This document shows, in pieces, positions 8,452 to 15,852 of a stretch of 20,000 bases of DNA. The stretch lies in the IMG/VR virus record IMGVR_UViG_3300010885_043927; one strand, written 5' to 3'. A model generated the notes under the pieces. That model worked only from the letters and a program-made list of their open reading frames with translations. It was not told the DNA's origin and did not search any database. Every line of letters begins with the position of its first letter. The stretch's first letter is position 1. The DNA is from an uncultured virus (IMG/VR IMGVR_UViG_3300010885_043927). Taxonomy: Duplodnaviria > Heunggongvirae > Uroviricota > Caudoviricetes. Both the position numbers and the translations under genes were made by a program.

Positions 8452-10266
8452 ATGGCTGAAAATAGATCAGAGAAGTTCGATTCAATTACCGAACAAATTA
8501 GAGAAGAGAAAGCAAACAAAAAAGCACCTATTAAATTTCAATTACAACTTAACGAAGAACAAAAAGCAGCAAAAGAAATAATCCTTAACACAACTGTATC
8601 TATACTTTCAGGACAGGCAGGAAGTGGTAAGACATTACTAGCTTGTAACGTTGCTTTAGATATGTTATTTAAAAAGCAAGTAAAGAAGATAGTAGTAACT
8701 CGTCCTACAGTTTCAAGAGAAGAGATAGGATTCCTTCCAGGAGACTTAAAAGATAAAATGCAACCTTGGATGCAACCAATCTACTCTAACTTTTATCAGC
8801 TTTATAATAAAGATAAGATAGACGGCATTATTAAAGATGAAACAGTAGAGATAGTTCCTGTAGCCTTCATGCGTGGAAGAGCTCAGCCTTTACATAGTAA
8901 GGTGCTAACCCCTGAAGGATGGAAAGAAATGGGAAGCCTTCAAGTAGGTGAAGAGGTTATAGGAAGAAACGGAAAGCCATGTAAGATTACCGGAGTATTT
9001 CCTCAGGGTACAGAGCAGGTATACAAGATCAGCTTTACAGATGGTTCATCGGTACTTGCTTCTGGAAATCACTTATGGGAGGTAACAGATACAAACAAAC
9101 CGTTAATCAAATCAAAGATAGTAAAATCTACTCTAGAGTTAAAAGAGCAAATATTTCAACCAGGTACTAACAAAAAGAAATGGTCTCTTCCAATGGTAGA
9201 GGCTGTAGATTTTAAAGAGAAGCAGCTAACGCTTAGCCCTTACCTTCTAGGACTATTATTAGGAGATGGATGTATAAGAGCAGGAATATCGTTCTGTAGT
9301 GCAGATACAGAGCTTATCGACAAAGTACAAGAGCTTCTTCCTGAAGGTACTGTTATAAAGAAGAGAGTAGGTTCGTTATATGATTACGGCATCGGTAAGG
9401 TAGTAAGATCTAGTCACGCTAAAAATAACCTTTATAATTTACTAGATGAATTAGAGCTAATAGGTACTTCTTCTTTAACAAAGTTTATCCCTGGAGTATA
9501 CCTACTAGGTTCTATCCAGCAAAGATTAGATCTTCTTAGAGGTCTTATGGATACAGATGGGAGTATATTCTCAGGAGGTGCACATACTAAAAGAAAAACC
9601 TCTTCTGTTGCTCATTACTATACTATCTCAGACAAGCTAGCTGAAGGAGTAAAATTCTTAGTAGAATCTTTAGGGGGTACAGTAAAGGTATCTTTAAATA
9701 AAATTGCAGGAACTGTAGATAAGTACGGAAGAAACTACAACCACGATTGCTACAACCTGTCGATAAGAATGCCTGAAGCATTTAATCCTTTCTCTTTAGA
9801 ACGAAAAGCATCTTTATTTGAAGTTAGGGAAAAACCTTCTAGAAGAATAGTCTCTATTGAAGAATACTCCTTTGAAGAGACACAGTGTATATCAGTATCA
9901 GCAGAAGATTCGCTATATATAACAGATAACTGTCAGGTAACCCATAATACTTTTTTAGATTCTATAGTAATAGTAGATGAAGCTCAAAACTGTACTAACG
10001 AACAAATGAGCATGATTATATCTAGATTAGGAGTTAGGAGTAAGATGATTATTTGTGGAGATACAGCTCAAGTAGATTTAAAGTATAAAAACGAAAGCGG
10101 TTTTAGATTCTTATTAACGGTATCTAAGAAAGTAAAGGATGTAGAGACTATAATGTTAAAAACTAATCACAGACATCCAGTAGTAGAAGCTATGCTTGCA
10201 CAATACGAGGAGCTATTTGACGTAGAAGAAACTAGAAAAAAGTCTAAAGAACTGTTGCATAATTGA
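8452..10266 (+). CDS. phoH: PhoH-family ATPase interrupted by an intein
   Basis: Walker A GQAGSGKT, TRP, IGFLPGDLKDKMQPW, MRGR|TF signature split by the insert, Walker B IVDEAQN, GDTAQVD and RHP. Confidence 0.95.
   Translation: MAENRSEKFDSITEQIREEKANKKAPIKFQLQLNEEQKAAKEIILNTTVSILSGQAGSGKTLLACNVALDMLFKKQVKKIVVTRPTVSREEIGFLPGDLKDKMQPWMQPIYSNFYQLYNKDKIDGIIKDETVEIVPVAFMRGRAQPLHSKVLTPEGWKEMGSLQVGEEVIGRNGKPCKITGVFPQGTEQVYKISFTDGSSVLASGNHLWEVTDTNKPLIKSKIVKSTLELKEQIFQPGTNKKKWSLPMVEAVDFKEKQLTLSPYLLGLLLGDGCIRAGISFCSADTELIDKVQELLPEGTVIKKRVGSLYDYGIGKVVRSSHAKNNLYNLLDELELIGTSSLTKFIPGVYLLGSIQQRLDLLRGLMDTDGSIFSGGAHTKRKTSSVAHYYTISDKLAEGVKFLVESLGGTVKVSLNKIAGTVDKYGRNYNHDCYNLSIRMPEAFNPFSLERKASLFEVREKPSRRIVSIEEYSFEETQCISVSAEDSLYITDNCQVTHNTFLDSIVIVDEAQNCTNEQMSMIISRLGVRSKMIICGDTAQVDLKYKNESGFRFLLTVSKKVKDVETIMLKTNHRHPVVEAMLAQYEELFDVEETRKKSKELLHN
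8881..9948 (+). mobile_element. Class 3 intein (356 aa) with LAGLIDADG homing endonuclease
   Basis: Starts AQPLHSKVLTPEGW and ends VTHN, followed by +1 Thr. Block B SGNHLW, block F TQCISV; LAGLIDADG motifs LLGLLLGDG and LLRGLMDTDG. Confidence 0.93.
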
Positions 10267-10285
10267 ACCTAAGTATCTATATTTA
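10254..10285 (+). promoter_or_regulatory. Bacteroidota-type promoter-like motif
   Basis: GTTG-N20-TATATTTA, followed by an AAAGGTTATG start at 10307. Confidence 0.6.
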
Positions 10286-10306
10286 GTCACAATAAAAATA
10301 AAGGTT

Positions 10307-10585
10307 ATGGAAAAGAGAGGTTTTACTGGTAAGCTAATTAACGACTTTAGATGTGAAGGAGTATTAGAGGTTTATATAAAAGATACTTGGTTTAGAGTTA
10401 TAGCAACTGAGTTTAGATCTTTTGACGGACCTCGTAGAGTAAGCCTTCCTGGTAATACTAGGCATTATGCTAAAATAACTGAAAACGATGAGCTAATGTT
10501 TACTTCTGAGTATCATGGCCCTGTTTACTTGTATAGGACTAATATAGTAGTTCCTTATTCTAATACTCAAAAAATTTCACGATGA
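10307..10585 (+). CDS. Hypothetical phage protein (92 aa)
   Basis: ORF track; good start context; ATGA overlap with the next gene. Confidence 0.75.
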   Translation: MEKRGFTGKLINDFRCEGVLEVYIKDTWFRVIATEFRSFDGPRRVSLPGNTRHYAKITENDELMFTSEYHGPVYLYRTNIVVPYSNTQKISR

Positions 10586-10815
10586 AAGCTAATTTTACTC
10601 CTGATGAAATGGCAGAGGTTTGGACTGCAGTATGGGCCAGCACTACTGATGAGTACAGAGTTAAAGCTAGACGTTTAATGAGAGAGATGCTTAGGCAAGC
10701 TTATGTGCATGGTATTATAGATGGCCCTAACGGGAACTTCAATAATTACTTTGAACAAAAGTACGGAGAGAAATGGAAAGAGTTTGTTAGAGAAGATGAT
10801 CACATAGGTATATAA
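10582..10815 (+). CDS. Hypothetical protein (77 aa)
   Basis: ORF track; translational coupling to the previous gene. Confidence 0.7.
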   Translation: MKANFTPDEMAEVWTAVWASTTDEYRVKARRLMREMLRQAYVHGIIDGPNGNFNNYFEQKYGEKWKEFVREDDHIGI

Positions 10816-10819
10816 TTTT

Positions 10820-10978
10820 ATGGAACTTTTAGCATTATTTGGACTTATTGTATTATTAGCATCACCATTTATTTGGTTATGGATACGTGGATTTGATTAC
10901 ATGAATACGAATCATCCTGATTATAAAGGTAACGACTTATTCGGATTCGATGAAGACGATAAAAATCAAATAGGATGA
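10820..10978 (+). CDS. Small membrane protein (52 aa)
   Basis: Manual translation MELLALFGLIVLLASPFIWLWIRGFDYMNTNHPDYKGNDLF...; ATGA overlap with the next gene. Confidence 0.7.
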   Translation: MELLALFGLIVLLASPFIWLWIRGFDYMNTNHPDYKGNDLFGFDEDDKNQIG

Positions 10979-11640
10979 AAATCAAATTAGAGCCTAATCA
11001 GCAACTATTTTTTACTTCAGATACTCACTACATGCATAAAAATATCTGTAGAGGAGTAACGAATTGGGTAGATGCAGATGATATTACTAGAGATTTTAAG
11101 ACATTAGATCAGATGAATGATCGAATCGTTAACGGACTCAATTCTCTAGTAGGTCAGGATGATATTTTATTTCATTTAGGTGATTGGTCATTTGGAGGTT
11201 TTGAAATGATAGAGCAGTTCCGAAATAGAATCAGCTGTAAGAATATTCATCTAGTACTAGGTAACCATGATCACCATATAGATAGAGACAGAGAAGGTAT
11301 AAGAGGTTTATTCTCTTCAGTACATCAGTACTTAGAATTAGAAGTAAAGAAGAATGGAGCTAAAAAAATGGATCAAATGCATGATACTTTTGAAGCTAAT
11401 TTTGTGTTAATGCATTACCCGTTAATGTCTTGGAATAAAATGAATGATAAGGTAATACATCTTCATGGTCATGTTCACTTACCTCCTAATAAAAGAATGG
11501 GCAAAGGTAAAATGATGGACGTAGGGGTAGATGGTAATGATTTAGATCCGATTAATATTAAAAAGGTTATTAATAAGATGCACTATCAACCTATAGCTTC
11601 TGGATTTGAATTTGATCATCATATTAAAAGAGTAGAGTAA
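10975..11640 (+). CDS. Calcineurin-like metallophosphoesterase (phage type)
   Basis: FTSDTH, HLGD, LGNHD, HYP, HLHGHVH and DVGVD motifs. Confidence 0.92.
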   Translation: MKIKLEPNQQLFFTSDTHYMHKNICRGVTNWVDADDITRDFKTLDQMNDRIVNGLNSLVGQDDILFHLGDWSFGGFEMIEQFRNRISCKNIHLVLGNHDHHIDRDREGIRGLFSSVHQYLELEVKKNGAKKMDQMHDTFEANFVLMHYPLMSWNKMNDKVIHLHGHVHLPPNKRMGKGKMMDVGVDGNDLDPINIKKVINKMHYQPIASGFEFDHHIKRVE

Positions 11641-11643
11641 AAC

Positions 11644-11777
11644 AGTCAGGTGGCGGAATGGGTAGGGGGATCCCTGCCGACGGTAGACGCTACTAGAGTA
11701 AAATGCCGGAAGTCTCCTTGATGCATCAAGCAATGTCAACTCTTGAGACTGTGCAGGTTCGAATCCTGTCCTGACTA
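11644..11777 (+). ncRNA. tRNA-like RNA 1 (134 nt): Leu/Ser-type D-arm with an inserted hairpin; expanded anticodon region with no identifiable anticodon
   Basis: Acceptor AGTCAGG/CCTGACT plus discriminator A; TGGCGGAATG...GGTAGACGC D-arm; T-arm GCAGG-TTCGAAT-CCTGT; no encoded CCA. Confidence 0.75.
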
Positions 11778-11893
11778 CGAGTAGTGAGAACCACGGTCGC
11801 AGCTATAATAGATAAGAGAAAAAGCTTTTCGGAAGCAAATTCAAATTGATGGCCAAAATGCGAGTGGTGACGAACGGGGAGAGACCCGTACAT
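11778..11893 (+). ncRNA. Structured spacer RNA between the two tRNA-like elements
   Basis: Nested stems ACCAC/GTGGT, TCGCA/TGCGA and GCTAT/ATGGC; hairpins GCTTTTCGGAAGC and ACGGG-GAGAGA-CCCGT. Confidence 0.5.
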
Positions 11894-11990
11894 AGTCAGG
11901 TAGTTTAATGGTAGAAAGCGGAAACGGGAGTAACCGAAAGGTCAGTACTATTCACTTGCCGCGGTATAGGTTCGAATCCTGTCCTGGCTA
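11894..11990 (+). ncRNA. tRNA-like RNA 2 (97 nt): anticodon loop replaced by a 37-nt GAAA-capped stem-loop
   Basis: Acceptor AGTCAGG/CCTGGCT plus A; D-arm TAGTTTAATGGTAGAA; stem GCGG/CCGC; T-arm ATAGG-TTCGAAT-CCTGT. Confidence 0.75.
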
Positions 11991-12004
11991 CTAAAAAAAT
12001 AGGT

Positions 12005-12235
12005 ATGAAAAAGGAAAATAAAATTAAAGAAACTGTTAATAGCGGAGCTGATTTTTTTATTATAGTTACTTTTGTTCCATCTGTAATATTAGCAATAGTA
12101 AAATTAGAATGGGGTATAGATATTTCTTGGGCTATAGTTTTTTTCCCTATTATTTCAATAGTATCTTTAGTAATATTAGTACCTTTATATTTCGAGTTAT
12201 CGGATAGTATTAAAAGGTTATTTAACAAAAATTAA
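12005..12235 (+). CDS. Small membrane protein with two TM helices
   Basis: Two hydrophobic segments separated by KLEWGIDISW. Confidence 0.7.
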   Translation: MKKENKIKETVNSGADFFIIVTFVPSVILAIVKLEWGIDISWAIVFFPIISIVSLVILVPLYFELSDSIKRLFNKN

Positions 12236-12255
12236 TAAATTAAATTTAAAAAGTT

Positions 12256-12528
12256 ATGAAAAAATTAATAGTAATGTTTCTTTTAGGTATAGTAATTACC
12301 TCCGATGCAAGAGATAAATTTAGAATCGAAGTTAGAGTCTACGGAGATAGGACTATTTACATTCCATTTGTAAAAAAGAAAGCAAGCGGTATATTGAAAG
12401 AATGGGTTCCTTTAGCTAATTATCAATTGTTGACTAAAGAACAAGCCTTAGCTGCAATTTCAGAAGAAAAGACAAGGCTAAACTACATCAGAAATTATAA
12501 TAAAGTAAAGTACATTAAACTAGATTAA
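12256..12528 (+). CDS. Hypothetical exported protein
   Basis: MKK plus hydrophobic signal peptide ending SDA. Confidence 0.7.
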   Translation: MKKLIVMFLLGIVITSDARDKFRIEVRVYGDRTIYIPFVKKKASGILKEWVPLANYQLLTKEQALAAISEEKTRLNYIRNYNKVKYIKLD

Positions 12529-12533
12529 AAGGT

Positions 12534-12746
12534 ATGAGAAAATTCTTAAAAGGCTGTTTGTTTATAGTATCATTACTTCTCCTTTTTTCTCCTGTTATAG
12601 CAACTATATTCAAAAAAGAAAAACCTGTAGAGAAGCCTCATTACAGTAAGGGGTTTGTTGTCTTTACTTTACCTTTAGGGGATACTACGGGGACAGTGCA
12701 GTGGAATGAGGAAGAGCAAGGAATAATAGAGGAAGAAGGTAATTAA
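12534..12746 (+). CDS. Hypothetical membrane-anchored or exported protein
   Basis: N-terminal hydrophobic helix. Confidence 0.65.
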   Translation: MRKFLKGCLFIVSLLLLFSPVIATIFKKEKPVEKPHYSKGFVVFTLPLGDTTGTVQWNEEEQGIIEEEGN

Positions 12747-12761
12747 TTAACATTAAACTTT

Positions 12762-13766
12762 ATGAGTCTAAAGATTTTATATGCTTTTAACGGTACCGGT
12801 TATGGACACGCTTCACGTGCAATTTCTATCTTACCGTTATTACAACATCATGAAGTAGATATTTTAGTATCCGGAGAAATGAATCCTATCGATATTGGAT
12901 ATAAAATAAAATACCGTTTCAAAGGATTTACCTTTGTGTATAGTTACGGAAAGGTTAGCTACTGGAAGACATTTAGACAGCTTAATGTATTAGAGTTTAT
13001 AAAAAACATATTCACATTAGATGTTACACAGTACGACTTAGTTATATCTGATTTTGAACCTATATCAGCATATGCTGCTAAGTTAAGAGTAGTAAAGTCC
13101 CTATCCTTATCTCATCATGCTGCGTTCTTATCTAAGAATACTCCTCGACCATATAAAATAGATCATATGGCTGAATGGATATTAAAGAATTACGCTCCGT
13201 GTAAATATAATATTGGATTCCATTTTGATAAGTATGATGACTTTATATTAGCACCTCACATCAGAAGTGTTATACGTGATAATAAAGATAAAACTGAACG
13301 TAAAAATTACATATTAGTTTACTTATCAGCATATAAAGTAGAAGACTTAGTTAATATATTTAGCAAATATAAGGATTTTAAATTTGTGATATTCTCATCT
13401 CAAATAGACAAACCAGGCTGGAATAACTCAAATGTTAAATTTAGATCAGCTAATCAATCTGAATTTATGTATGCTTTGCTACAATGTAGGGGAGTAATTA
13501 CAGGTGGTGGATTTGAAACAGTAGCTGAAGCATTATACTTAAATAAACCTGTACTAACAATACCAATTAAAGGACAATATGAACAGGAATGTAATGCAAC
13601 TGCAGCAAGTAGATTTCCTAATGGTTATAAAGGTACATTAGCTCCAGTATATTTAGAACATTTCCTATATAAAACATTTGAATCAGGTATTCAGAATGAT
13701 TTTAAAATATCAACAGACGAAGAAGTACTACAAGCAATAGAAAACGTACTATATGACCAAGTATAA
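12762..13766 (+). CDS. Glycosyltransferase, GT-B fold (MJ1255/VC2487-like, MurG/GT28-related)
   Basis: GTGYGHASRA, DLVISDFEP and GGFETVAEALYLNKPVLTIPIKGQYEQECNA. Confidence 0.88.
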   Translation: MSLKILYAFNGTGYGHASRAISILPLLQHHEVDILVSGEMNPIDIGYKIKYRFKGFTFVYSYGKVSYWKTFRQLNVLEFIKNIFTLDVTQYDLVISDFEPISAYAAKLRVVKSLSLSHHAAFLSKNTPRPYKIDHMAEWILKNYAPCKYNIGFHFDKYDDFILAPHIRSVIRDNKDKTERKNYILVYLSAYKVEDLVNIFSKYKDFKFVIFSSQIDKPGWNNSNVKFRSANQSEFMYALLQCRGVITGGGFETVAEALYLNKPVLTIPIKGQYEQECNATAASRFPNGYKGTLAPVYLEHFLYKTFESGIQNDFKISTDEEVLQAIENVLYDQV

Positions 13767-14475
13767 AACAATTATAGTATCTGATATTCATTTAGGAACT
13801 AAAGACAGTCAGGCTAAAGAATTTATTGAGTTCTTAGATAATTACTCTTGTAATACTTTAATATTAAATGGAGATATTATAGATGCTTGGGCTTTAGAAA
13901 GAGGGAGCAAATGGAGAAAGCAACACACTAAAGTTATTAAGAAGCTCTTAACTATTTCGAAAAATACTAAGCTTATTTACCTTAGAGGTAATCATGATGA
14001 TTTTATTAAAGATTTTTTTAAAGTATCTATAAAAGGTAATATAGAAATTTTAGAAGACTATAAGCTTAAAATAGGATCAAAGAACTATCTAGTATTTCAT
14101 GGAGATATCCTAGATGTATTTAGTTCAACATGGAAATGGGTTGCCAAATTAGGATCGATAGGATATGACTTAGCTTTATCTATTAACACTTTTTACAACA
14201 GGTATCGAAAACTACGAGGAAAACCGTACCTTTCTATATCCAGGCAAATCAAACATAGAGTTAAACAAGCAGTATCGTTTATAAATAACTTTGAAGAAAA
14301 TGCATGCAGAATAGCTAAGCAAAGAAACTGTGAAGGAGCAATTTGTGGACATATTCATACTGCAGATAATAAAGTATTAAATGGAGTTCATTATCTTAAC
14401 TCCGGGGATTGGGTAGAGTCTAAAACTGCTATCCTTATAACGAAGGATGACGATATAATAACTTATAACTTCTAA
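13753..14475 (+). CDS. UDP-2,3-diacylglucosamine diphosphatase-like metallophosphoesterase (LpxH/YbbF-like)
   Basis: SDIHLGT, LNGDIID, RGNHD, HGDILD, CGHIH and YLNSGDWVES. Confidence 0.85.
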   Translation: MTKYKTIIVSDIHLGTKDSQAKEFIEFLDNYSCNTLILNGDIIDAWALERGSKWRKQHTKVIKKLLTISKNTKLIYLRGNHDDFIKDFFKVSIKGNIEILEDYKLKIGSKNYLVFHGDILDVFSSTWKWVAKLGSIGYDLALSINTFYNRYRKLRGKPYLSISRQIKHRVKQAVSFINNFEENACRIAKQRNCEGAICGHIHTADNKVLNGVHYLNSGDWVESKTAILITKDDDIITYNF

Positions 14476-14551
14476 ACGGAAAGGGGGGGCGCAAACCATT
14501 TAGGCGAGGCTCGCGATTCTATATATATATTCTCTTATAATTTACATAGTT

Positions 14552-14722
14552 ATGGCTAAGAAAAAGAAAGAAAAGAAGGCTAAGTCGGCTAGGGTAGAGA
14601 ATACGGTATACGGATACACATTCGGAATGCTAGAGACGCTAACACCAACGCTAGGGCCGGTAAGTTTAACATACACAATGCTTCCGCGGGGGTACTCTAC
14701 GGGTAGTTACCTGGAGTATTAA
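14552..14722 (+). CDS. Small hypothetical protein with Lys-rich N-terminus (56 aa)
   Basis: Manual translation MAKKKKEKKAKSARVENTVYGYTFGMLE...SYLEY; AGTTATG start context. Confidence 0.5.
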   Translation: MAKKKKEKKAKSARVENTVYGYTFGMLETLTPTLGPVSLTYTMLPRGYSTGSYLEY

Positions 14723-14756
14723 CTATGTCTTGGAGGTTAAATCTTTCTATGCTCTA

Positions 14757-14788
14757 GTTGCTATTCTGCTACATAGTATATACATTAA
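14757..14788 (+). promoter_or_regulatory. Bacteroidota-type promoter-like motif
   Basis: GTTG-N20-TACATTAA; shares AGTTGCTWTTCTGCTAYATA with the copy at 19491. Confidence 0.55.
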
Positions 14789-14895
14789 GGTATATAATAA
14801 AACATAAGAGGTTGCCATGTTTCAGATTACAGACAATACTTTCAATATCAATAGGAGGTATTAAGTAAACAATAATCAATTAAATAATAAAAGTT

Positions 14896-15195
14896 ATGAA
14901 ATCAAATTACACTCGCTTCGGCAAAAACCTTCTAGTATCAGGTACTATATTCGACTATGTCGCTTTAGATACCGTTAATGATTCAGTCTTAAGAGTAAAC
15001 TTTCGTCCTTCTTTTCGTTCTCAGCTTCCGGCAGAGATTACTATTACAACTTCATTAAACTTTGTTGTTAGTGTAGTAGGTTGTTCTCATGTAGCTATAT
15101 CAGAGCAAGAGTTTTGGAAGCAATATGATAAAGCTATTTCAGCTTTAGCTTTAGTTAACCCACATGAGTTATTCGAAGAGGATTATGTCCAGTAA
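14896..15195 (+). CDS. Hypothetical protein (99 aa)
   Basis: ORF track; AAAAGTTATG start context. Confidence 0.7.
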   Translation: MKSNYTRFGKNLLVSGTIFDYVALDTVNDSVLRVNFRPSFRSQLPAEITITTSLNFVVSVVGCSHVAISEQEFWKQYDKAISALALVNPHELFEEDYVQ

Positions 15196-15511
15196 TACTG
15201 TAACATGTCAATATTGTAATCAAGTTATCGATCTAGACAATACAGATTGGTGTAATTATTGCGATAGAAGTATCTTTGATGATAGAAGAGACTTATCTTC
15301 CTTTGATCGAAGGCAGATCTTTCTTAAAAGGATGATCGAGTTATCTGAAGAGATCGGGGATTATGATACTGATGCAGAGATTAACGTATGGCTTAAAATG
15401 GTAGATAATGGCTTTACTAGTATCGCTCAAGCAAGGAACTTTATTATTGAGAATAGAAAAGCCTTAAAAGAATTTTTAAATTTAGTTAAAGAAGAGAATG
15501 GAGTTATATAA
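15164..15511 (+). CDS. Hypothetical protein with N-terminal Zn ribbon (CxxC-x12-CxxC)
   Basis: CQYC...CNYC. Confidence 0.7.
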   Translation: MSYSKRIMSSNTVTCQYCNQVIDLDNTDWCNYCDRSIFDDRRDLSSFDRRQIFLKRMIELSEEIGDYDTDAEINVWLKMVDNGFTSIAQARNFIIENRKALKEFLNLVKEENGVI

Positions 15512-15599
15512 AACATCAGAGAATAAAATAAGATGAACTAAACCAGATTCTGAAGTAGGCGTTAAGGTAACAGCATCGGCTTATGTTTGTGGAGAGAAA

Positions 15600-15848
15600 A
15601 TGAAGAGGGCTATAATGAATGAAGCTTTATCATCTTCTTATTTAGATTATGTTACAATAGGTACTAGAAAGTATAATGCTGAATCTTTATGCTATAAGAT
15701 TGATTTAATGGCTAAGATTCAAACTATTAATGCTTATCGTTTATTTTTAAATGAAGGGCTTCCTGGCCTAGTTGCAGGATTAACTTATAATAAAGGAGCA
15801 GTTAAAAAGACTGTAAAGAAAAAAACTACTGTTAAAAAAACAAAATAA
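15600..15848 (+). CDS. Hypothetical protein with Lys-rich tail; possibly the 3' part of a longer frame 15498-15848 broken by TGA at 15534
   Basis: ORF track; an upstream in-frame ATG at 15498 gives MELYKTSENKIR*TKPDSEVGVKVTASAYVCGEK-MKRA. Confidence 0.6.
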   Translation: MKRAIMNEALSSSYLDYVTIGTRKYNAESLCYKIDLMAKIQTINAYRLFLNEGLPGLVAGLTYNKGAVKKTVKKKTTVKKTK

Positions 15849-15852
15849 AATC

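Noticed and set aside
11695..11893. HDV-like/theta or hammerhead ribozyme
   Set aside because: The crossing helices superficially resemble HDV P1/P2, but there is no J4/2 with a catalytic C. The hammerhead CUGAnGA and GAAA cores were not found in the required arrangement.
11644..11990. tmRNA (overall span of 347 nt is similar)
   Set aside because: There are two complete acceptor/T-arm units, each with a D-arm; no G3-U70 alanine identity pair, no GGGG 5' end and no recognisable tag reading frame.
11644..11990. Ordinary tRNA genes with assignable anticodons
   Set aside because: No 5-bp stem with a 7-nt loop at the anticodon position in either element, so no isotype can be supported.
11542..12228. 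Minus-strand ORFs 11542-11739 and 11905-12228
   Set aside because: They overlap + strand genes and the tRNA-like RNAs and have no protein motifs.
14817..14864. 15-aa possible leader peptide MFQITDNTFNINRRY
   Set aside because: Too short to support, and no attenuator hairpin was seen downstream.
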